Positions 19,888 to 26,865 of a stretch of DNA of 26,865 bases are shown piece by piece. The stretch's first letter is position 1. The number at the start of each line of letters is the position of its first letter. The translations under genes were made by a program, and so were the position numbers. This stretch comes from a virus (taxonomy: Duplodnaviria > Caudoviricetes): positions 1 to 26,865 of the IMG/VR virus record IMGVR_UViG_3300002101_000022, one strand, 5' to 3'. A model generated the notes under the pieces. It was not told where the DNA came from, searched no databases, and saw only the letters and a list, made by a program, of their open reading frames with translations.

Positions 19888-20102
19888 TGTTTATCACTAA
19901 TCCATCTTCTCTCTCCTCTTTATCTAATATTTTTAAAACTAAATCAAAAACAGTTAATAACTATCTAATCAAAAATAATATTCCACTTCTATCTCAAGAT
20001 GAAAGTGGCTTTTATTTTAGTGACACAAATAACCTTAAACAGATTATAGATAATGCACCCTTCTGGATTAAGATTTTGTGCCGAGAGGAGGTGAAAAATT
20101 GA
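19887..20102 (+). CDS. Small hypothetical protein
   Basis: 71 aa, translationally coupled on both sides. Confidence 0.7.
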   Translation: MFITNPSSLSSLSNIFKTKSKTVNNYLIKNNIPLLSQDESGFYFSDTNNLKQIIDNAPFWIKILCREEVKN

Positions 20103-21580
20103 ATAAGTTATCGTTCGCAATAAGTAAATTTGATTTAATGGAAGAAGCATCTAATAGCGAACTTATGAAGGTCCGCTTATGGATAGTATCCGAAGGTGAT
20201 AATCAACATCAAAAACCTATTCCTTGGACAGCAATTGAAAAAGCAAGGTCAACTTTAGTAGGTAAGCCAATTGTAGCAAAATATGATCGTTATAGTAAAG
20301 ATTTAATGGGTCATGAATTTGATGAAATTGCAGTTGGAGTAATCTTAGCTGATAGCGATATCTTTTATGAAACTGATGAAGAAGGTAAAAGATGGCTTTG
20401 TGCTGATGGAATTATATGGTGCAGATATGCCAAGGATGTAGCTTTCGTTTTAGATAGAGACCAAATTAAAAATTTAAGTATGGAAATTATTATTTTGGAA
20501 TCTGGAGAAAACGATTCTATTGAATTATTTTCTTTTAGCGGAATTACTTTGATTGGAACTGCTCCTGCAATTCCTAATGCTAGGGTAGAAGTTTTATCTT
20601 TTTCTATTGTAAAGGAAGAAATCGAACACCTTATGTATGATTTTAAGATTCCAGATAGCGTTAAACAAAATGCTAAAAAGGGTTTAGGTCTGGATGATTG
20701 TAAGAATTGTACGGCTGTAAATATCTCGATTGCAAATCAACTTATAAATAATGAATTTGCAAGTCTAGATTTATTACATAATATAGTTAAGTTTTCATCT
20801 AAGACAAATACTGAGTCTTCCGTATATTTATTAGGGGGGCTAGAGTCTTTAGAATGGGCAGAAAACATTATAAAACCACAAACAGAAGAAACTAAAAAGG
20901 AGGAAGATATAATGCCTACAGAGGATACAATACCTACAAAAGATACTGAAAAATGCGAAGTAGAACAAGAATCAATGGGATCTGATGCTAATGTTGAGGC
21001 AGTTGCTCAAACAGTAGAAGCTGATAAACAAGCCGAAGTAGATAAAGAAATCGTTGAAGAAAAACAAGAAGCAATGGCAGAAGTAATTGTAGTAGAAGTG
21101 GAAGTAGTTGTACCAGAAGATGAAGAAACTGGTGAAGAAATAGAAACAACTGAAGACACTATTCCAGAAGACTATCAAGCTAAATTTGCAGAAATGGTAA
21201 CAAAATGTTCCGCATTAGAAGCTAAAATGTCTGAAATGACTATGAAAATGAGTGCGTCAGAAGAAAAAATGGCAGTTTACATGTCTGAAAATGAACAACT
21301 CAAGAAATTCAAATCAGATATTCAAGAGAAAGAAATGTTATCTGTGATTGAATATACCCTTTCAGAAGTTATGGAGTCAATGCCATCCGAAAAAATGGAA
21401 GAATTGCGTGAAGAAGCAAAAAGTTTCTCTGCTGAAAACGTGAATATTTGGGTTAATAAAGTTAAAGCAGAGGCATTTAGTTTTTCTAAGGGTAAGACTA
21501 GTGAAGGGTTTATCAGAGTTGGACTTCCATTTAATAACGTAGCTAAAAAAGAATCCAATAGTTTGTGGGATAAGATTTAA
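20099..21580 (+). CDS. Prohead protease/scaffold (YonD-like)
   Basis: RBS GAGGAGG + TTG 20099; GKPIV..GHE and LSMEI..PA protease-like motifs; acidic coiled-coil C-terminus. Confidence 0.75.
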   Translation: MNKLSFAISKFDLMEEASNSELMKVRLWIVSEGDNQHQKPIPWTAIEKARSTLVGKPIVAKYDRYSKDLMGHEFDEIAVGVILADSDIFYETDEEGKRWLCADGIIWCRYAKDVAFVLDRDQIKNLSMEIIILESGENDSIELFSFSGITLIGTAPAIPNARVEVLSFSIVKEEIEHLMYDFKIPDSVKQNAKKGLGLDDCKNCTAVNISIANQLINNEFASLDLLHNIVKFSSKTNTESSVYLLGGLESLEWAENIIKPQTEETKKEEDIMPTEDTIPTKDTEKCEVEQESMGSDANVEAVAQTVEADKQAEVDKEIVEEKQEAMAEVIVVEVEVVVPEDEETGEEIETTEDTIPEDYQAKFAEMVTKCSALEAKMSEMTMKMSASEEKMAVYMSENEQLKKFKSDIQEKEMLSVIEYTLSEVMESMPSEKMEELREEAKSFSAENVNIWVNKVKAEAFSFSKGKTSEGFIRVGLPFNNVAKKESNSLWDKI

Positions 21581-21658
21581 TCCAATATGTCAAATAGTTT
21601 TACTTGGATTATTAAATATATATAGATACAAAAATAAAAAGAAATGAGGCAACAAATA

Positions 21659-21814
21659 ATGAGTAATGCAATCTTAATTCAAAACGCAGTTACTGCTACG
21701 CATATCGACGCTCTAAATAGAAGTGTAATTGCTACGGCAGACATCCAAAACGGTAATGTCTTCAATCTGAATGGTCAATCTGCAACGGCAGGACAATCTG
21801 AGGTATGGAAGTAG
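21659..21814 (+). pseudogene. 5' fragment (51 aa) of a probable head structural gene, cut at the module junction
   Basis: RBS GAGG; MSNAILIQNAV...DIQNGNVF...EVWK*; Ala/Asn/Thr-rich; follows the scaffold gene. Confidence 0.6.
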
Positions 21815-22008
21815 TTTTAACTGTTAGTAATTTTAGAAATTTTGTCTATGAGTATTTAAGATGGAAAGGTGAAAATATTCGTAATTGTGTAAAATGTAAT
21901 ATCTTATTTGCACCTACAAATAACCGTCAAAAATACTGCAACGTATGTAATGTTGAAGTTAATAGAGAAAAAACTAAAGAAAATATGAAAATTAATAGGA
22001 ATGTTTGA
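21805..22008 (+). pseudogene. 3' fragment of a Zn-finger gene from the second module
   Basis: CVKC..TNNRQKYCNVC resembles the YonO C-terminal CESC..TNNNIKYCLSC and occupies the equivalent position; no well-spaced RBS. Confidence 0.55.
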
Positions 22009-22011
22009 TTT

Positions 22012-22114
22012 AGAAAACACTTGAAACCCTTACACACCAACGGTTTCAAGTGTTTCTCTAGTTATCCTAATGTGGAGAGTATTATACCCTCTAACCCTTG
22101 CTATATAAGCGTTT
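22012..22114. repeat. Pair of 6-11-6 palindromes, the first within a longer inverted repeat
   Basis: AAACACTTGAAACC...GGTTTCAAGTGTTT; second copy TAACCC-N11-GCGTTT (22092-22114). Confidence 0.7.
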
Positions 22115-22131
22115 GGTCGATACGCTTATAT
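22103..22131 (+). promoter_or_regulatory. Hairpin with TTGGTCGAT loop (3 of 4)
   Basis: ATATAAGCGT-TTGGTCGAT-ACGCTTATAT. Confidence 0.7.
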
Positions 22132-22182
22132 TAATTTTTTTATACATAATAAATAATATACTCCAAAGGAGAATAAATAGAC

Positions 22183-22416
22183 TTGCAAAAGATATCTAAA
22201 ATAGAAATGGATTTTTTAATTTCTAGTGGTACGTTGGAATTAAATAAACAAGGTAACTTCGGTGACCAACTAGTAGTAGTCAATAAACAAGGTTCTGGAA
22301 AAGAAAAAACTAGATTTGTAAATGATCATGTATATAGCAAACTTCAGTTTCTTAAATCCAAAGAAAAAATCAATTCAGAAACTATTAAACATAATCAGAT
22401 GTATCTAGTCATGTAG
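22183..22416 (+). CDS. Small hypothetical protein, homolog of 7061..7300
   Basis: Direct similarity, RBS AAAGGAG + TTG. Confidence 0.85.
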   Translation: MQKISKIEMDFLISSGTLELNKQGNFGDQLVVVNKQGSGKEKTRFVNDHVYSKLQFLKSKEKINSETIKHNQMYLVM

Positions 22417-22454
22417 TACGGTAGATAAAATAAAGAGCAGAGGAATGGTTTGTA

Positions 22455-23678
22455 TTGACCGTTAAACCATATATAGACTCAAATATATTCATGGATTATT
22501 CTAAGGAATTACTTGAAGAATTTGATCATATCTACCTCCCCGGATATGTAGCAGGAGAATTAGATAATTTAAGACATAACGGCAAATCTGAAGAAGCAAA
22601 ATATCAAGCAAGACGAGCAAGCCGTGATATTGACGCTAACGAAGATAAAATTACATATATTATCAATGAAACTAGTTGTGATAATCTCCCATCCCACTAT
22701 GATAAAGATAATATGGATAATAAAATAATTTCAGTATTAATTGATTTATATGCCAAGGATAAAGATTTTATTGCTTATAGTAATGATATCTTATTCAGGC
22801 AAAAGTGCAAAGAACTTAAAATTCCTTATAAAAAGTATGGAGACAAAAGTAAAAATGATGGAACTTATTTAGGTCATAAAAATCTTAGTGGTGATACGAA
22901 TTTTATTAATAATCTGTTTGATAATGTAAATAAAGAGATAACAGAACATAGTTTTGTTGCTAATGAATATCTAATCTTAAATAATACAGACACAAATAAA
23001 ACTTCAGAACATCGTTTTGATGGATATAAATTTGTAGACTTGAGATTGCCTAACTCAAAGGTTATTAAAGGCATGAATCCTCTCCAGAGATGTGCTCTTG
23101 ACCTTTTGAACAACAAATCTATTCCAATTAAAATCATAGCGGGAGGATTTGGTTCAGGTAAAACAATTCTATCAGTAAAAGTTGGATTAGATATGGTAGT
23201 TGCAAAAGAAGACTATAAAACACTACTGTTTTTGAGAAATCCTGTTCCTAGTGATGGAGCAGACATTGGATTCCTTCCGGGGGATAAAGCAGAAAAGATT
23301 GCAGACTACTGTAGACCATTCCTACAATATATAGAAGACCCTAAGAATCAATTTTACTCTGAGAATTTAATCAGAGATGAAAAGATTAAGATGGATGTTA
23401 CAACTTTCCTAAAAGGTGTATCCATTGATGATAGCTTTGTCATTATGGATGAAGCAGAAGACTTAAATACTAAATTAATAAAACTTGTTGGCTCAAGGAT
23501 TGGGAAAACATCATGTGTAGTATTTACTGGTGATTGTAAACAATCTGAGAGCAAGTATAAACAAGACAATGGATTAATGAAGTTGATTAAGTGTGGTAAA
23601 GGCAATCCATTAGTTGGTATAGTAGTACTAGAGGACGATTTAAGGTCTGACGCTAGTAAAGTATTCGCAGAAATGTGA
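22455..23678 (+). CDS. phoH: PIN-PhoH protein (second, divergent copy)
   Basis: IDSN, ELDNL, DNKII, SND; GGFGSGKT, GFLPG, DEAE, GDCKQ. Confidence 0.87.
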   Translation: MTVKPYIDSNIFMDYSKELLEEFDHIYLPGYVAGELDNLRHNGKSEEAKYQARRASRDIDANEDKITYIINETSCDNLPSHYDKDNMDNKIISVLIDLYAKDKDFIAYSNDILFRQKCKELKIPYKKYGDKSKNDGTYLGHKNLSGDTNFINNLFDNVNKEITEHSFVANEYLILNNTDTNKTSEHRFDGYKFVDLRLPNSKVIKGMNPLQRCALDLLNNKSIPIKIIAGGFGSGKTILSVKVGLDMVVAKEDYKTLLFLRNPVPSDGADIGFLPGDKAEKIADYCRPFLQYIEDPKNQFYSENLIRDEKIKMDVTTFLKGVSIDDSFVIMDEAEDLNTKLIKLVGSRIGKTSCVVFTGDCKQSESKYKQDNGLMKLIKCGKGNPLVGIVVLEDDLRSDASKVFAEM

Positions 23679-23716
23679 TATATAAAATAAACAGAATAAA
23701 AGGAGTTAATACAAAA

Positions 23717-23992
23717 ATGACCAGACAAGATATTATCGCAAAAATGGCAGAACTATCGGAAACTAGCAAGGTTGAATCAGAGAAACATTTATCAGCATTT
23801 CTAGGAGCACTAGAATTTGCAGTAGAGAATAAAGAAGAGTTTAAATTAATGGGTTATTTTTCAATGGATGTTGTAGAAAGAGCTGAACGAGTTGGGACTA
23901 ATCCTCAGACAAAAGAGAAAATTAATATCCCTGCTACAAAAGCAGTTAAGACTAAGATTTTCAAGAAACTCAAGGATTTAGCAAAAGCGTAA
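23717..23992 (+). CDS. hup: HU family protein (second, divergent copy)
   Basis: RBS AAAGGAG before ATG 23717; RAERVGTNPQTKEKINIPA. Confidence 0.88.
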   Translation: MTRQDIIAKMAELSETSKVESEKHLSAFLGALEFAVENKEEFKLMGYFSMDVVERAERVGTNPQTKEKINIPATKAVKTKIFKKLKDLAKA

Positions 23993-24027
23993 ATAAAAAT
24001 AAATAATAAGGTGGAATTTAATAATAT

Positions 24028-24186
24028 ATGTCAATTATTAATAATGAACATTGTTCTAGTTGTGCAAAAATTACAGTCTGTGAGTGGAATAAGAAAATTG
24101 AAGCACTATCTGGCACTGAGAAAAAGCCAATTCTTCTTGACTTAACTATTAATGAATGTGGAGAATTTCTTCAAGTTGCAGAATAA
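24028..24186 (+). CDS. 52 aa Cys-containing protein (below the ORF-track cutoff)
   Basis: RBS AAGGTGG; MSIINNEHCSSCAKITVC...C; occupies the YonK-like slot. Confidence 0.75.
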   Translation: MSIINNEHCSSCAKITVCEWNKKIEALSGTEKKPILLDLTINECGEFLQVAE

Positions 24187-24283
24187 GAATAGATAACTTT
24201 TTGGAGGGATAAATCAATTATTTAAAATTAATCTCCCTCCTTCCTATTATATAGGGTGCTCATTACGTTCGTGTGGGCATCCA

Positions 24284-24370
24284 TTAGAAAAACTATGTAG
24301 GATAAGTTTTGCATATACCGCGATGAATGGATAAAACCATTTGATGGCGTTCTAGTTTTAAATTCCTACT
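24284..24370 (+). ncRNA. Candidate 87-nt structured RNA (copy 2)
   Basis: 81/87 identical to 9323..9409. Confidence 0.6.
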
Positions 24371-24375
24371 TTTAT

Positions 24376-24450
24376 AGTTTAGTAGCTCAATGGTGGAGCA
24401 ACACTCTGTTAAAGTGAAGGTTGTAGGTTCGAGTCCTACCTAAACTGCCA
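24376..24450 (+). tRNA. tRNA-Asn(GTT), atypical A1-U72, CCA encoded
   Basis: Acceptor AGTTTAG/CTAAACT, anticodon arm CACT-CTGTTAA-AGTG, GGTTCGAGTCC. Confidence 0.9.
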
Positions 24451-24453
24451 AAT

Positions 24454-24529
24454 GCCGAAGTAGCTCAGTTGGTAGAGCAGATGATTTGTAATCATCAGGT
24501 CGCAGGTTCGACTCCTGTCTTCGGCTCCA
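24454..24529 (+). tRNA. tRNA-Thr(TGT), identical to 9499..9574
   Basis: 76/76 identity. Confidence 0.96.
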
Positions 24530-24576
24530 AACTATGCTACCCTATTCTCTTTAAATTAAAGGAGGATTTTTTTATT

Positions 24577-24714
24577 ATGGAAAAATTGAATATTGATTTA
24601 GAAGATACTACTTGCCCTAGCATTGTTTGTGGGAAACAAAGATACTTCTTTAAAATGTATTGTGGAAAAGAAATATTTTACTGTCAAGATTGTGGGTTTT
24701 GGGAATACATATAA
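24577..24714 (+). CDS. 45 aa Zn-ribbon protein
   Basis: RBS AAAGGAGG; MEKLNID...CPSIVC...CQDCGF. Confidence 0.8.
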   Translation: MEKLNIDLEDTTCPSIVCGKQRYFFKMYCGKEIFYCQDCGFWEYI

Positions 24715-24734
24715 TCCTGTTGGTCGATAGGATT
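24713..24734 (+). promoter_or_regulatory. Hairpin with TTGGTCGA(T) loop (4 of 4)
   Basis: AATCCT-GTTGGTCGAT-AGGATT. Confidence 0.6.
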
Positions 24735-24770
24735 TTGATAAACGAAAATAAATTACATTGGAGTGCATAA

Positions 24771-25979
24771 ATGAAGTATCTAAGATTAGATGACGAAAGT
24801 GTAAAATCATATAAAATAAGGCTCTTTGATAATAAAGAATTGTACGACTTAAAATCTCAAGAAATAGCAGATTTAATTAATAAAGAATCTGGAGATACAT
24901 ATACAGAATCTACATATAGGAAATGGTATCGGGCATATGCAGAAGGTGTTGTTGATACTAAAGTCAATAGCATTTCAGATGATGAAGTATTAAAAGCATA
25001 TGACGCACAAAAACGTGAGGTATATAAGGAAAGACAAAAACTCAGAGATGAGAAAAGTGAATATTTTGCTTGGCTTAAAGAACAATCTAGAGAAGAGTTA
25101 TTCTATGAAAGAATAGATGAATCAGTTCTAAAATTAATAGGCAGAAAAAGTAGATCACTCCCCTCTCCTATCTCAATTCAAGAAGGCTCAGATGAATTAT
25201 TTAGTGCATTTGCTGATGCTCATTATGGTTGTGAATTTTCTATAAAAGGATTTAATGGTGAAGTTCTTAATGAGTACAATGCTGATATTTTCAAACGTAG
25301 AATGATTGAATATAGAGATGAATTAATTGATTTTGGTAGCAAACATAATGTAAAAAAGTTATCTCTTACTGATTTAGGTGATAGCGTAGAAGGAATTTTA
25401 CATATCTCTCAAATTAAATCATTAAAAGGAAATATTGTTGATGTAATTTTAGACTATGCTGATTTTATTGAGGACATTTTATTCTCATTAAGTACATATT
25501 TCAGTATTGATTTCTATACTTCAGAAGGCAATCATTCAGATTTACGATTATTAACAGGTAAAAAAGGTGACTTCCCTCATGAAAATCTAGAAAGAATCTA
25601 TACAAGAACATTAAAGAAAGCATTTAGAAATAATCCAAATGTAAATATTTGTGATAGTTTAGATGGACTAAATTACTTTAGTGTTAATGGATATAATTTT
25701 TTGACATCTCATGGTAATAAGGAAAGTAATCTTAAAAATAGTATTAAAGATTATGAAGATACATATGGCATTAAAGTTGATTACCTAGTAATTGGACACC
25801 TTCATTGCAAAAATGAATTTGAAGTAGCAAGAGGCAAGGAAGTTATTCAAGTGCGCTCGATAATGGGAATGAATGACTATGCCAAGGATATCAAAAAGAG
25901 TTCTAATTCAGGTGCTACTATGTTTGTTGTGCGTAAGGACTATGGTAGGAAATATATTAATGATGTTAAATTAACGTAA
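24771..25979 (+). CDS. YonJ-like metallophosphoesterase (second copy)
   Basis: ADAH, LGD, GNH, SHG and GHLH motifs. Confidence 0.82.
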   Translation: MKYLRLDDESVKSYKIRLFDNKELYDLKSQEIADLINKESGDTYTESTYRKWYRAYAEGVVDTKVNSISDDEVLKAYDAQKREVYKERQKLRDEKSEYFAWLKEQSREELFYERIDESVLKLIGRKSRSLPSPISIQEGSDELFSAFADAHYGCEFSIKGFNGEVLNEYNADIFKRRMIEYRDELIDFGSKHNVKKLSLTDLGDSVEGILHISQIKSLKGNIVDVILDYADFIEDILFSLSTYFSIDFYTSEGNHSDLRLLTGKKGDFPHENLERIYTRTLKKAFRNNPNVNICDSLDGLNYFSVNGYNFLTSHGNKESNLKNSIKDYEDTYGIKVDYLVIGHLHCKNEFEVARGKEVIQVRSIMGMNDYAKDIKKSSNSGATMFVVRKDYGRKYINDVKLT

Positions 25980-26081
25980 TAAATAATATCCTCCTTTAGA
26001 CTGTTTCTCTATGTGGAGGTTTGGATGGCAGAATGTTTCTCTGCCATCTCTTTTGTTTGTAAAAATAAAGGAGATGGGGAT

Positions 26082-26813
26082 GTGAGTCAAAGCAATATTA
26101 GTGGGATTTATAAAATAGAGAACTTAGTTAATGGAAAAATGTATGTTGGCTCTGCTGTAGATATTAAAAATAGATGGAGTAGACATAAGTCTGATTTAAG
26201 AAAGAATAAACATCACTCAAGATATCTACAAAGATCATGGAATAAATATTCAGAAGAACAATTTGAATTTACAATAATAGAAGAAGTAAAAGATGTATCT
26301 GAATTGTTGGAACGAGAACAATATTGGCTTGATTATTATAAAAGTTATGATTATAAAATAGGATATAACTCCTACCCAACAGCAGGTAGTCCATTAGGAG
26401 CAAAACATTCTAGGGAGACTATATTAAAATCTAAACATACAATTCCAGTATTACAAATTGATCTTGAAGGCAATGTAATTAAAGAGTGGTATGGTGCTAG
26501 AGAAGCATCTAATGTATTAAAAATAAAACAAGATTGTATTTGGAATTGTTGTCATTATCATAGAAAAACGTACAAAGGATACATTTGGATTTTTAAAACA
26601 GAATATGAGCAGGGTTTTGATCTTAATTACTATGAAAATTTAACAAAACCAATACAAATAAATCAATATGGCTTAAATAATGAGTTCATAAAAACTTGGA
26701 GTGGCTCTTATGGTGCATCAAAGGAACTAGATATTGATAATAGTTCTATCACGAAATGCTGTAAAGGAAAATACAAAACAGCAGGTGGATACATATGGTC
26801 ATATGCGTCATAG
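26082..26813 (+). CDS. Free-standing GIY-YIG homing endonuclease with two NUMOD1-like repeats
   Basis: GIYKIEN...MYVGS, EREQYWL; RBS AAAGGAG/GGGG favours GTG 26082. Confidence 0.88.
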   Translation: MSQSNISGIYKIENLVNGKMYVGSAVDIKNRWSRHKSDLRKNKHHSRYLQRSWNKYSEEQFEFTIIEEVKDVSELLEREQYWLDYYKSYDYKIGYNSYPTAGSPLGAKHSRETILKSKHTIPVLQIDLEGNVIKEWYGAREASNVLKIKQDCIWNCCHYHRKTYKGYIWIFKTEYEQGFDLNYYENLTKPIQINQYGLNNEFIKTWSGSYGASKELDIDNSSITKCCKGKYKTAGGYIWSYAS

Positions 26814-26852
26814 TAATAAAATAAAATTTAAAGATAGAGTGAGGATTAACTT

Positions 26853-26865
26853 ATGAGTCTATTAA
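26853..26865 (+). CDS. Start of the next gene (ClpP slot), cut by the window end
   Basis: 26-nt leader AAAGATAGAGTGAGGATTAACTTATG identical to the one before clpP. Confidence 0.5.

Noticed and set aside
7305-21645. AAAATAAA before many RBSs as a late promoter motif
   Set aside because: Cannot be separated from AT-rich background without statistics
9499-24529. Identical tRNA-Thr pair as attL/attR of an integrated 15-kb element
   Set aside because: Both are complete, homology extends on both sides, and no integrase is present; the duplicated module explains it
24469-24576. N-terminal extension of ORF 24469..24714
   Set aside because: Overlaps tRNA-Thr; the RBS and the homolog at 9620 place the start at 24577
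873-24810. All minus-strand ORFs in the track
   Set aside because: Short antisense shadows of well-supported plus-strand genes, with no recognisable motifs

Overview
AT-rich, all-plus-strand segment of a large SPbeta-like temperate phage or prophage of a low-GC Firmicute. Gene order matches SPbeta: YonV-like helicase-fold gene, small ORFs, YonO-type single-subunit RNA polymerase (DxDGD), PIN-PhoH, HU, YonK-like, tRNA-Asn, tRNA-Thr, YonJ-like metallophosphoesterase, ClpP-like, HNH-like gene, putative small terminase, large terminase split by a group I intron carrying a GIY-YIG endonuclease, portal, CYTH protein and protease/scaffold. At about 21.8 kb a head gene breaks off and a second, divergent copy of the post-YonO module begins. 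Comparing the two copies exposes non-coding signals: four intergenic hairpins with unrelated stems but the same TGGTCGAT loop at conserved spacing, an 87-nt conserved RNA-like element with a compensatory change upstream of the tRNAs, a repeated 6-11-6 imperfect palindrome, and linkers better conserved than the genes between them. Family calls rest on motifs and recalled synteny; no database search was run.
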